The notes beneath the pieces are model-generated. The model searched no databases. It saw only the letters and a program-made list of their open reading frames with translations, and was not told the origin of the DNA. Shown piece by piece: positions 14,097 through 28,323 of a DNA stretch of 64,000 nucleotides. The stretch covers positions 92,677 to 156,676 of the forward strand of contig JALDTO010000246.1 in NCBI GenBank assembly GCA_023515725.1, in the 5' to 3' direction. The stretch's first letter is position 1; the number at the start of each line of letters is the position of its first letter. The DNA is from Amoeboaphelidium protococcarum X5 (lineage: Eukaryota > Fungi > Aphelidiomycota). The translations under genes were made by a program, and so were the position numbers.

Positions 14097-14504
14097 CTTT
14101 ATATAACTAAAAAGCGGATAGCTGAATAACAAAGCCTGCTGATCAATTAAATAATTTAGATAAGTCCGAGCGGAAAAAGGAGAAATCAATCGCTCGCTTA
14201 ATTTCAGCAATGCGATGATTATACGGCTCAACTGAACACTTTTCCGGAAAGTTGATGATCGCGCGGATTTTTGAAAAATAGACACGCCGACAGGTTCAGA
14301 GTGTAGAGTTGTCATGACTGCAGTACCAAACTATAATTAAATCCGGTATTCTATTTTAAAACATATAGTGATATTTGCAAAGGATGGACATTGATTATCA
14401 GGACCTCCTTATCTCCTCCACAATCAGGCTAATCGCTATCATTTTACAAAGTCTTTTACATTTCAAGCGGTTAAGTTGATTGATAATTGCTGGCTATAAC
14501 CAGA

Positions 14505-16889
14505 ATGAGTATAAATCCGATTAGATTAACTTTGATTGACACTCGCTAATAACAATAATAGGATTCTTCTAGCCATCTGCTGCTTGACTCTATCCGTGAA
14601 ACTGATGAAGATTAGAGAAATGGCGAAGAAGACGACATGGTCTGTAACAACGCTCAAAGCTTTGCGTATGGTTATAGAGATCAGTCGTTATCGCCCGCTG
14701 AGAAGGAGTACGTATAGAATCAGTTTCGCGCCATTCAAGATCTGTCGCTTTAGAAGTCTGCAAAGATTGTGGACGCGTTTGCACATCACTCGCCATCTGG
14801 TGCCACAGGAACTATAATTGTCAGGCCATCAGTGGCTGGTGTGTCGCTGCATTAAATCTAAAGTCCAGTCGCGTCAAGATCTCAAATCTCTGCACGGAGA
14901 TTCAAGACAAAGGAGCAGATCTGGGTAAGTACTTCTGGAGATGGTGTGATTTCAAATTACAATGATACTGCCGAGTCTATGTTTGGCTCTGACGTTGTAT
15001 CTGGTAAAGGCAGTATATTAGATTTTGTTTAAGGATCTGATACTGTGCTTAATGATCTGCGTAGATTGCCTAATGCTGCTACTGCTGTTTTTGTTGAAAC
15101 AAGTAGAAAATCTGGCAATTAAAAACATCTAATCAAATCTGGTTAAATTGTTCAAGTCGTGCATAATGGTGCAGTATATCCTTATTCTTGTTGGCTGACT
15201 GCTTATGCAGATAATGGTATTATAGTTAAAATGAATTGGGTGTTGGAGAAGGTTGACGGTGAGGTTACTTTTGAATTCAAATTGGATGAGAGAAATCAAA
15301 TCAGCAGGCTTGATTGCAGTAATGAACTCTTTTTAAACCAAGTTGATATCGTACAACTCTCCAAGAATGTCCAGAAGCTGAGCGATGACTACTTGATCGT
15401 CAGAGTACATGGTCATAATGTTCCAGCGCGCAAGATTCGTGATGATTAACGACACGTCATTCATGTCAAGATTGTTCCTAAGATGAGTGGCATGATTATG
15501 CTAGATTCAGCGAGTTTGGTAATTGTAAATGCTAATCAAGCTTTTTTGAATTACATATTTGGATATTAGCTGGCTGATATTATCAAGATGAATGGAGGTG
15601 CATTGTCCGCGATAATCGCGAATGTCAAACAGTTGGAAGATGTGATATCTTTGATAGATTCCAAGTCTCCAACTAGTGCCTCTACTCAGAGCTCCGTCTC
15701 CACCCAAAGTCCCGTTTTAAGCCCTGTATACATTGACTCGGTGCTGTCTGGGAGTAAAGAGGCGCGGTTGAAACTGACTGCTATCCATAAAACTGGGGCA
15801 TAATTTGAACTGACTGCAGATATTAGACTGATTAGCCGCAAATCAAGTCAACGAGTCGCTCTCTGGCTCACCTATGAGCTGCCTGCCATTATAAGATCTA
15901 CAGAGTAGTCTAAAGAGAAGGAGAAAACTGTGGATTAGAGTTTGAAGTAAGAACGATCTTCAGTGGAACCTAAAGAGCCTTAGTTCTCCGAACTGGCTTA
16001 ACTGTAAGGGCTGACTGCTGTATCACCGATTGATGAAATTGATAACAAGAGTAAGGCTTAATCGCTGTCAGACTATGAGATTGTATAGAGATTGGGAGAA
16101 GGTGCTTTTGGATCCGTGTATTTGGTGTAGAACAAGCTTGCCATTGATGGAAAGTAATCAGTATTGAAGTTTATAATATAAAAAAAAGTCAGATAAGAGT
16201 CATGGTATGTTGATGCTGTGACAGGTGAGAGAACTCCATTGGAAGTCTAAATCTTGCAAGAGTTATCCTCGCCCAGATTGCAGCACCCCAACATTGTGCA
16301 GTTGAAGAATGTATTCAAAGATCGACACAACTTTTACCTTGAGATGCCTCTATATGGTCGTGGGATGGACTTGTTTGATTATGTCGATCTGAAATTGCAA
16401 ATTCCTGAATGGGAAGTGCACACAATATTCAAGCAAGTGTGCAGTGCCGTCAATCATCTTCATATGAATGGGATTGTGCATCGCGATATCAAGGATGAGA
16501 ATATCATAATTGACAGTAACATGCAGATCCAGATTATAGACTTTGGTAGTGCGTGTCATTATGATGAGAAATCGCAATTCAAAGCATTCTGTGGTACTCT
16601 AGACTATATCAGTCCAGAGGTGTTGAAAGGCTAATTCTATAATGGACCACCACAGGACATTTGGGCGTTGGGAGTTTTATTGCATATTCTCATTTACAAA
16701 GATAATCCATTCCATTCTATGGACGAAGTGATCAAGAAGACTATAAAAGTCCCGTTCGTACTAAGTGCTGGTAGTAATGACTTGCTGCAGAGGCTACTTA
16801 AGAAGAATCTCAATGATCGTATTAAGATGGCAGAAATCATGAACCATCCCTGGATATAGCAGAAATATAGTGCAATTGATTCAATGTGA
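14505..16889 (+). CDS. PAS-domain serine/threonine kinase (PASK/PSK-like)
   Basis: N-terminal PAS-like segments; kinase motifs LGEGAFGSV, GMDLFDYV, HRDIKDEN, DFGSA, FCGTLDYISPE; one frame. Confidence 0.88.
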
Positions 16890-17085
16890 ATATATAAATA
16901 ATATAGAAATGTACTTGTATTTTTTGCTAGATTTTAGACGTTATAGTAAAAAGAGGTGAAATTGATAACTGATTTCAAATGCAATGCATAGAATATTTAG
17001 GACATATATATATTTGACTAAATAGCGACAATCTCAAAGCACTCAATGTAAACCAGTATAAAAGTAGTGGTGAATAATGATTAGA

Positions 17086-17829
<744 letters not shown>

Positions 17830-18285
17830 CTAATAATAGTAGAATTTAAATGGAGGAAATAGAAAGGAGCTGACTTAATTTTCTTAAATTTTAGGCGGAG
17901 AAGCGAAAGATTTCACGCGACACGCCAACTCAAAGCTTTTAGATTTGATTTATGCGAGCTGTCACACTGATCATTTTCTTCTCTCTCGAGATCTTTAGTC
18001 CTTCCTAGAACTTACATTGATAAGTTGCTCTATGCAATGCTTGACATGGATTGCCAGTTTACATCTAATAGAGGACTACTTGCATGCGCTTTTTAACTCT
18101 CTAATTGCCTATTCATTAATCGTGTGACTGAATGAATGATCTTCCCCTGAAACTATCGTCTCTCGAAACTTTCAAGTCGCTGCGTCGTCGCGTTATCTTC
18201 AGTGAGTGAATTCAAGAATCTTTTAAAATTTGAATATACAAGCAAGGCGTAGAATTTAATTAACCATTAATTAAGTTACAAAGAA

Positions 18286-19473
18286 ATGAAAGACTTTACT
18301 ATTGCAGTGTCCCATGTGGATCGCTAGGCGAATAATGGAAAAGATGCCGTGTACAAGTTGGAGTACAGCACTACAATGGATTAGTATAGTCGTAAATCTG
18401 GGACTGATCTGCCGCGTAGATACTCTGATTTCGTATGGTTGCAGCGTGAGTTGTAGGAGAATTTCCCAGAGTGTTTTGTCCCGCCTGTGCCTCAAATGAA
18501 GTATGCCACCTCATCATCTAGCTCTGGTAGCTCTGGAAATAGTGGTAATGGTTATACTCAGCTCTCTCAGACTGCTGTGGATGAAAAGACGCGTCAGATG
18601 ATGGAAGAATTTTTGAATTTGATTGTAGCTCACCCTAATCTCAAGACATTTCAAGGTTTGTAGCAATTGCTGGAGAGTGGAGCTAATTTTACGCCATATT
18701 CTGCCAGTAAATCTGGTGGCTCATCCTCTCTGTTTTCACGTGTTGCCAAGTCTGTCAAGTCGTAGAAAGATCACGATCCATGGTTTGAATAGCACAAGCA
18801 TGATCTGGAGGTTTACCAGTCTCTGTTGGAGAAGTGCACCAAGTCATTGGAGAAGGTGACCAAGTATTAGCGTTCCCTAGCTGCCAGTTATTAAGATGTC
18901 GCGTTGTTGGTATCTGAATTGGGATCTCAGGAACCGAATATTCACTTGGCTGGCGGACTTCGCAAGCTGTCTGCATCATTTGAAAAGACTTCCACCACTA
19001 TGCATCTCGTCGCGGATACCCAGATTCTGAATATGGGTGAGTACATGGTGGGAGCGTAGCGTTATGCCGAGTGTGGTCAGAAAGCTATGGAGAATCGCGT
19101 CAATGCTCTGGTTGATTATGAATCTGCTGGTAAGAGCACTCTGAAGAAGAAGTAGGCCGCTGACAAGTTGAAGAGTTCTGGTCACAGCACATCCAAGATT
19201 GAGAGTGCATTGTAGGATCTGAATGATGCCAAGACGGCGGAATCAGAGTTGAATGCACTGGTGAAGAAGATTACTGAGAATATTAAGGAGCGTGAGTGGG
19301 ACAACTTTGAGCACGTCCAAGCTGAACAAGTGACGCAGTACATGACGAGATATGCGGTGGCTTTGAAAGAGAATGAACGTAAGTAGGCGGAAGATTGGAC
19401 GTTAGTGTACAATGACATTAAGAGTATTGATCTTTAGATTGCTGGTCATGGTCAAGTGCAGGAGGCAGTTTGA
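18286..19473 (+). CDS. PX-BAR sorting nexin (Vps5/Vps17/SNX-like)
   Basis: PX motif RRYSDFVWL...FVPPVP, HPNL; C-terminal helical BAR region. Confidence 0.85.
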
Positions 19474-19922
19474 AATATGAATTAGGATAAAAATGAAAGA
19501 TTGATCATATGGAAATAAATTAATTTTATTTTAAGCGTTCTCTTCCTCTGGTCTCTCTTGAACTTGGCTTTCCACTTGGCGCCAACAATTTGTGCAACAA
19601 CAAGTGTAATTGTAATCTTGAGCTTACTCTTTTGACGCCTCGTTTTAATTAATCGCGCGGTGGCGATCAATCCGGTTTAAATTTTAATTGGGACTCCTTG
19701 AAATCTATTTCTTGAAACAAGCTCGATCTCCTTGATCAATCTTATTTCCTCTTCCATCTAAACTTGAAATCTCAGTAATTACGATTATATAATTTTATAA
19801 AATTGAATGCGTTTGTGGTTAGTGATATACGTCTGGAGCAAGCATGCAGAGAGCGCCCAATTACGTTTCAAGATGATAAGCAGAAAATAAATTATGTATT
19901 ATTTTCAATACGTTCACTGTCT

Positions 19923-22301
19923 TCAATTTCCATATTACTGTCTTAAAGCTTTTGTTGCATTGACCATGTTGACCAACGAAGGCATCACCTCTTGCCAGCG
20001 TCTAGTCTTCAATCCACAATCAGGATTGATCCAAACTCCGGCAGCATCCAAGAATCCACCATCAATGCACAGTTGAATCTTCTCCTTCATCTCCTCAGAT
20101 GAAGGGACGCGTGGTGAATGAATATCATAAAGTCCCGGCCCAATAGCATTAGTGTACTTGTACTCCTTGAAAGCACGCAGCAACTTCAGATCAGAGCGGG
20201 CATTCTCAATAGTGATAACATCAGCATCCAGATCCTTGATAGACTAGAAAATGTCGTTGAAATCAGAGTAACAAAAGTGGGAGTGAATCTAAGTCTCATC
20301 CTTGACTCCAGTGCTACACAGCAGGAAAGAGTCGACAGCCCACTTCAAGTACTCACCCCAACCGCTCTTACGCAGAGTCAAACCTTCACGGATAGCAGGC
20401 TCGTCAATCTGAATGACACTGATACCAGCCTTCTCCAGATCAACCACCTCCTTACGGATAGCCAGAGCCAATTGGAAGGAAGTCAACTTACGAGGCTAAT
20501 CATCACGCACAAAAGACCACTGCAGCATGGTAACAGGACCAGTCAACATACCCTTCATGATCTTGGTAGTGTTCTGCTGAGCAAACACAGATTCCTTAAC
20601 AGACATGGCGGAAGGACGGCTGACATCGCCATAAATAATTGGAGGCTTCACACAGCGAGAGCCATAAGATTGCACCCAACCATTCTCACTAAAGACGTAA
20701 CCCTTCATCTGCATACCAAAGTACTCAACCATATCGGTACGCTCAAACTCACCGTGCACCAAAACGTCCAAACCAACTTCCTCCTGACGACGGATACACT
20801 CAATAGTCTCCTTCTACAAAAATTGCTCATAAGCCTCAGCAGTAATCTCTCCCTTCTTGAAAGCCAGACGGGTCTTTCTAATCTCAGGAGTCTGCGGGAA
20901 CGAGCCAATGGTGGTGGTTGGGAACAGAGGCAGGTTCAGCAACTGTCTTTGTCTCTCATAACGGACGGCAAAAGGGCTCTGACGACGCATCATCTATGGA
21001 CTAACACGACCCATCTCAGCCTAAACGTTCTAGTCATGGATCAATGAGGAGGTCTTTCTAGCCTAAACAGACTTCTCGTTGGCAGCCAACTCAGCCTTGA
21101 CACTGTCTAGGCCATTGTTCAAAGCCTTGGTTAGAACAACCAGCTCACGCAACTTCTCCACAGAGAAACTCAACCAGTCCAAAATCTACTTGTCCATCTT
21201 GGTCTCGGCCTCCAGAGAGTATGGAGTGTGCAGGAGAGAACAGCTAGGAGAGACGATCAATCTCACAGGAGCAGTCTCATTCCCATTGTTGTCCACAGTC
21301 TACAGAGATGACTTGATCTTGTTCAATAGCTCCAGAGTTGCACCCAGATTGTTCTTCCAAATGTTTCTACCATCGATAACGCCAGCGGACAAGGTGAAGT
21401 TCTTTGGCAAAGCTGCGAGCACAGCATCCAACTCTTAAGGAGCACGAACCAGATCAACGTGCAGACCATCAATTGGTAATGCAGTGACAATCTTCAAGTT
21501 CTCAACCAATTCACCAAAGTAGTTTGCCACCAACAGCTTGGTTGAGCCAGCAGCCTTATTCAGACGAGCATAAGCTCTGTCGTACAATGGCTTGTATACA
21601 GCCAGGTCCAGATCCAGAGACAAGATAGGCTCATCCAGCTGGATCCACTCAGCACCCAGCTAGTTCAACTTCTGAAGCAGCTTCTCATACTCAACCAGCA
21701 AAGAGTCCAACAAAGACAGACGATCAAACGACAGATCTTCAGAGCTAACCTTACCCAAACGCAGCAAAGTGATAGGACCAATCAAAACTGGACGCGTCTT
21801 GACACCCAGAGCCTTGGCCTCCTCAAACTCGCGCACTGGCTTAGGATTAGCAGACAGAGCAAAAGACTGACCCTTGTAGAACTCAGGCACAATGTAGTGA
21901 TAGTTGGTGTCAAACCACTTCTTCATCTCCATGGCAGGAAGATCAACCTTGATGGCAGCATCCTGCGCGCTCTACAGACCACGAGCCATAGCAAAGTACT
22001 TGGTCAGCTCGACCGTCTCAACAGAGGCACTCTAGTCCACTTGCATAGTCTGGTAACGCTGAGGAGTGGCACCAAACAGCAGAATAGAGTCCAGCACCTG
22101 ATCGTAGAAGGAGAAGTCGTTAGAAGGAACAAAGTCAACACCCAAATCCTTCTGCAGCTTCCAGTGCTTCTCACGCAGACTTTTGGCACCGGAGAGCAGA
22201 GCCTTCTCATCAATCTTGCTAGCCCAGTAGTTCTCAACCATCTTCTTCAATTCACGGTTCTGACCGACACGAGGGAATCCCAAATTGCTAGAGTAGATCA
22301 T
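19923..22301 (-). CDS. MET6: cobalamin-independent methionine synthase
   Basis: [71 protein letters not shown]. Confidence 0.98.
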
Positions 22302-22610
22302 CGTTGTATATTTCACGTTCTTTGTTAACAGAGTTTAAATAGCTGTATTAAATTGCACACAGTTAAAGAGAGAAGAAGAGAAGCAGTTGGACTCGGAATC
22401 GATTAAAATGACGCGACGCGACATTGAGCGAAGAGGTGGCGTTTTTTTCGTCTTGGTCGCCCGCCTTTCGAATAGACTTTCGCCCGGGTGGCGTTTCTTC
22501 CATCGAACGTGCGTGCGTGAACATTGCGATCGTTTCAAATTCGATTAAAGTAAATTCACACTCTTAAACAAAACACTGAGATTCAAACTATAAAATCACA
22601 TTGCATATTC

Positions 22611-23618
22611 TCAGTCGTCATCAATCTCCATTTCTTCCTCATCATCATCCGCCTCATCTTTTACGCCAGCAGATATCGAATTAGTCGCGGTAGATGTAAG
22701 TTGAACAGATTATTACTTATTCAAAACTTATACTGGAAATAATGCTTATCTTTGAGCCAGAGGGAGAGATTGCAATTATTTCAGAGACAAAGGAGCTGGC
22801 AGTTGTAAAAATACATCTTGATCGGTGTACTGAATGGTTTGCACAACAGCAAAATCATGCCAATCTATAGCCATAAATTAAATTTTATTCCTCTCCTTCT
22901 ACTCTTCCTCTAGCTTCGCCTTCTTAGCAGCGTATCTATTCCAAATGACGCGTTACTTGCAGCGTTTCAAGACGGAAAACATGTCTTTACTCTGCTGTAA
23001 CAGCTAATCTCGAGCCATTTACGGATGCTCTTTAATCTAACTATACTGTTGTACGTAAGAGTTATATATGGCATGTAAACTATGACTTGGATTCAAAAAG
23101 CCAAACTAAGGGTCGTTGGCATGAGATGACTATAGGTCAATCAGAAACTATTAACCTTTGACAGTAAAGTACTTGGCTGTGAGGAGCATAACGTCTCTAT
23201 CTAACGCAGATATTACTTCTTATTGAGGCAGAAATATTAATTAGGGCGGCTAAGTTGGAATAACCTTCCGTTTACGTTTCTTACTTGTTTTCTTAGAGCC
23301 TGATTTACTCTACTAATGATGGTCTACAGTCTCTTACGCGCCACTATCAGGCTGCAAACTCTCATAAGGCTTCTCTTATATCTACTGATCTGCCTTCTAT
23401 GCTTAATCATTTTGTGACTGCGCGCTACTCTCTTGACCATATTTCTAAAGCATATGCTGGTAGTACTCATAATACGGATCATCCGACTGGAGGAAAGAGA
23501 ATTTCATATTACCAGCTTCTCTATTTTTTATCTTGGCCTCAATTTCACGACCTTTTAAAGCCACATATTCTGCAGTTTTGTCCGCAATTTTTCTAATTTC
23601 TGGTGGTGGTTTGATCAT
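22611..23618 (-). CDS. PRP21: splicing factor SF3a subunit 1 (Prp21-like, two SURP domains)
   Basis: PPPEIRKIADKTAEYV...KFSFL..DDPYYEYY, second SURP with FGFLNPSHSLH, and IDWHDFAVVQTI. Confidence 0.9.
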
Positions 23619-23818
23619 TATTAACGATGCAGGCGAATATTGAATGGAAATGAGAAGGCTCTAAAGGGGAAAAAGACGATGTGGCGGGTGAAGTTGAGTG
23701 AAATCTTATCACATTACAAAACAACACAAAATTGGGATTCAAGTGAGTTTTTTTGTGATATCCATGAAAAAAACTTGGGTGTGGCAACAAAACAAGGTAC
23801 TCTGTATAAAAGTTTATC

Positions 23819-24862
23819 TCAATCTTCATCCATATGTAATCCTTCATATAAATCTTCAGTATACTGATTAGGAGTAGTCGTTGGCGAGGATTGGTATGCC
23901 TGCTGAACGATGTGATGAATGATTCGATAAATCGTGGTGATTTCGCCTTCAACCCATTTGTTAGGTATGTCTAAGAAATACTGACCCGACTGAAAAAGTT
24001 GACCGCCATTATCGATATGAATAAACTTCCAATTATTTCCGTTCAATAGCATTCCCCATACATGTGCATTAATTTTCTTCTTGTTTTTGCGTATTTTGTG
24101 GAGAGTTGCTGCCTCAGCAACGCATTGCCAAATCGATTCATTCGGCCAGTCTTTTTTGGTTTCGAAAACGATTAAATGAGAATCTTTAGGGGGAGAATAT
24201 TCATCTAAAGGCATATTTCCTGCATGTACAATGGTATAATCGATATCGCCATTCAGTTTCCTCTTCCTATTCGCATCCGTCACCGCCATATTCAATTAGC
24301 AAAAAATACGCATCTTATCAAACTCATCACGAGCAACAACATCACGCAGAAACAAATCAATCACAGTTCGTCGACTTGCTTCTCAATTTAGAGACCAAAC
24401 TCTGTTGTTTTTGCGCAACTGAGCTAGAAAATCATCCGAAGGGTTGACTGATTCATCCAGAGTAAAGGGCGGATATGGCTTCGAATGGACATTCACGCCT
24501 GTAATTTCAGCAATTTCTTGAGCTCTGGCCGCAGTAAACGGAATACTTTAGACTCCATTGTCTCCAAGTAAAGCTTATTATTTCTCCGTCAGTGAATCCA
24601 TATATTTGCGCAGGCTGATGAGCTCAGTGGCGGCCGATTCCAATAATGCTTTTGCCCTATAAATTTCAATATCTCCTGATGCATCCAGCCTCTCCTTTGC
24701 TACGTTTCTTTCTATTTTCGCTAAATTGATTTCTTGTCGAAGAGCAGTAATTGCTGCCGTCACTTCGTTAAGTTGCTGTTTTGATTTCATTGTCTTGAGT
24801 GTAGAAAAGAGAATTTGCAAATCTGACCAATCCTTTTGTGAGTGTGTCAGATTTGAAGACAT
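23819..24862 (-). pseudogene. coiled-coil plus PD-(D/E)xK restriction-endonuclease-fold protein (Crinkler-REase-like) with one in-frame TGA at 24383-24385
   Basis: N*EASRRTVIDLFL...LNGDIDYTI...IVFETKK...QCVAEA...VWGMLLNGNNWKF. Confidence 0.65.
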
Positions 24863-25327
24863 GCGCGCGTGGAGAGAGACTCTAAAATCCCTTAAAGCTT
24901 AGTTCTATGCATTTCAATATCACTATCCATATGAGCTTTTCAATTGGACGCGATTGTAAACGTGTGTAGTAATATACTGTGAAGATACTAGCTTCGAAAT
25001 ACGCCAACATAGTAACTAAGGGTAGATTATACTTATTCAAGTTGTTATAAATATACTTCATTGAAGACAAATTTGCTATATATAGTGACTAGCCGTCCCT
25101 GACAACACGAATTTGGCATATGTATTTTGGAACCGATTTTTCTGATAAGCCCGTACGCCACGGCCGTGATGCTATAAATAGCCACACTCCCAACCGCCCC
25201 AAGTCTTTTGCCGCCCACGCCTGTTGAGGTCCGGGATAATTATAGTTTTATCTTTATAAGACAATAGAGTGCACGCCATATTGCTATTTTGATAAACTGT
25301 TATTGTTAAAAATTCAGCCCATCCATT

Positions 25328-27892
25328 ATGAACATCCAATATGTAACAAACTCGTATCATTGCAGCCGCGCGCTAATGCGCGAGTCAGATGGAATGTTAT
25401 TGATCACTTGTGTTGTCACAAATTATAGAAATTTCATTGCTGTTATTAATCCTCTAAGTGGTGCAATTGTTTCTGAATGGACATGGGCCACCGCAAATGG
25501 GCAAGATTATATAAGGGACTTTGCTATTAACGCGGCGACCGGAAACATCATCGCAGTCGGAGGCACGGCAGTTAAGTCGTAAGGTATCCTCTATCCCCAG
25601 TCACAAGTCTCAATTTTGAGTTCAACTGGGTCTCTGCTTGTGGTAAAGTAAATGAGTAGTGGAGGACGAGATACCGAAGTTGCGAAAGCAGTCGCTCTTC
25701 ACCCTTAAAATGGGTCAATATTCGTTGGCGGTTTTACTACAGGACTTCTCCCTTAATCTCAATCGCTTTTAATTAATGGAGGTAATTCATCAGATTTGTA
25801 TTTGGCTAGTCTAGATCCTGTTACTTTGAATATAATTTGGATCAAATAATTTGGTAGTAGTGCCAACGGTGATCTTCTATCATCAATTGTCGCCACTAAC
25901 GATACCGTGTATGTCTGTGGCAGTTTGAGCCTCCCGTCTAGTTATCGCGGCTTTGTTAACGCGTTTGATCTTAATGGTAATCTGAAGTGGAATTACAGTT
26001 TATTTCCAGTAGACTTTGGTTAGTCTTAGCAGTTGACAAAGCTCTAAATCTTTGATGAATATCTGTATGTTTCGGGACACGCTAAAGGCTAGTTAAGTAA
26101 TGTAAGTATGGCCGCGTAGAGCTTGTTTGTGATTAGATTTAATAGTTTAAACGGCTCTATTGATAACACGTGGCAATTCATATCTTAATCATCCGTAGAT
26201 TAGACTAGTGCGGACTTTTAAATCGATCCTTTGACGCGCAATTTATTGATTTATGGAAATTAACTAGGCACTGATCTACTTTTGACTGTGTCTCGGGATG
26301 GCGCTCTTGTAGAATCAGCGTCGCATTTTATCAGTGCTGATGCGCGCGGCTTGGTCATTAATAATAATTAGAAGAATTTGGTCTTGACTGGACAAGATGT
26401 TTCTGGGTTTTATGCTGTTATGGACTTGCCGTGGTAAGAGATTGCTTACTCGTCTATTATTTAACCGATTGCTACATCATCATCAACCTTACCATCTACA
26501 TCAAAATCGACTGTAAATTTCCTAAGCTCTACATCTGTCGATGCATCATACTCGAGTACATTGGTTGGGGTAACTGAAAGTTCCCTTGGCATTATTTATA
26601 ATGCATCGTCAAGTACATAATCCTCTAGTCTTCCCACATTGGTAACTTCGAAGTCTTCTAATTTAGTTACCACCACCGTTCTAGCGTCATCAAGAACGCT
26701 GGTCTCTCCTTCAAGTGCTAGCATTACTCAGAATAATGTGATATTCACCTATGATACTGCGGTTAAGGACAAACTAGTTACTACTAGTGCGGCGACTTCT
26801 AATGTAATTGGCGGATCAGCCGTGAATGTCAATTAGAGCTCTTTATTCCTATATGCTTTATATGCCTCTATCCCTGTATTATTTCTCATTTTGCTAATTG
26901 GTATAATTTTGGTTAGAAGGCGGATTAGATAGAAAAGAGCGAAGAGACATTAATATCCTGAATAAGCAGTGTCTACCGAGTTTAGTGAAGCGAATGGGGT
27001 TTCTATTGTGCCTAGTAATTATGAAGTCATTGCTCTCAATGAATCAAAATACTCTAAAACTGGATATACTGATTTATCAGGGACAACTCTGTTTAGAACT
27101 CAAGGAGAAATTTCCATACCCGCATATTTAAAGATGTAGTAGATCAAGGATTTTAAACGAGGGAAACTAATAGCAATTGGTGGTGGTGGAATGATATATG
27201 AGTGTCAAGTCATCAGCAACGAGCTGAAGCAACTTTCTTCTAACCACAATGCTTTAATTGTAAAAGTGATGTAGAACCACCAAAGTCCAGAGATGATGAC
27301 TGCTTTCTATCAAGAGCTGTCTCTATTATAATATTTCAAAAGCTGTCCTCAAGTAGCACAAGTAATTGCTTACACTCCAACACCTCCATGTATTTTGATG
27401 AAGTATTACTAAGCTGGATCGTTGGCTGATCTCATATCAGGAACTTCAGTCATTTGTGGCAGAGTTGACTAGTGTCTTAAAGCACCAAATTTGTGGCTAA
27501 AAATCATTGGTGATATTGCACGCGGGCTATCGTTTATCCATAATTTACAAGTTGCTCATTGTGATATAAAGTCTGCCAATATATTGCTGGATGTCACTGA
27601 AAATCATTCGATTCAAGTATCCGCCGTCATTACCGATTTCGGTCTATCTCGCATAGTTGACTCGTAATCGTTGCTTGTTAAAGAGTTCAAAGTATCAAAG
27701 GTGAAAGGAGGCTCGTAGTCCTATGCATCTCCAGAAGTATTCATGATACTTCGTAGCCAAAAAGGTGATAATATTTAGAGCACAAATTTTGGACAGTCAT
27801 CCTCCATCGCTTCAGTGCTCAAGGCATCCGACACGTTTGCGTTTGCTGTCGTCCTTAATGAGTGTCTAAATCATAGATTAGCTTGGAAGTGA
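25328..27892 (+). CDS. receptor-like protein kinase: beta-propeller ectodomain, Ser/Thr-rich stalk, TM, TKL-like kinase
   Basis: WIKQFGSS propeller motif, TM ~26845-26915, GGGGMIY, HCDIKSANILL, DFGLS, YASPE. The frame is open back to an ATG at 25169, so the start is uncertain. Confidence 0.88.
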
Positions 27893-28323
27893 TATGATGA
27901 AAGTATTTTGATGCTTTATTTCGAACGTTAATACAATATTTCAGACGGCACTGAGTTTTTAAATCTACAGAGAATAAGTGTCTTTCTATATATAGATGCG
28001 ATGACCGCCTATTGCGTTAAACTAGCGATAGTTTCATAGTTCCGTTTTAACATCATTGTGTGTGACAATAGATGGATGCTATCTCATTCTTCTTATATAA
28101 CATTAATTTTTCATTTATTGGGCTCGTAGATAGCGCAATCAAGTTCCTAAATTTAGACCGGTGATATGTGCAGCTGCGTAGTTGAAGAATTCTATCAGGC
28201 TATAAATAGTGAAGCAGCCCAAATTTCGCGCCTCCAAGTCTGTTGAGTGTCCTCTTTGTATTCTCTTCTATTTTTGCATTATAGACTGCATTTACAAGGT
28301 GCAAAGCGAATATAGAATTGCTA

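Noticed and set aside
20118-21047. 309-aa plus-strand ORF
   Set aside because: Antisense shadow of MET6 caused by codon bias
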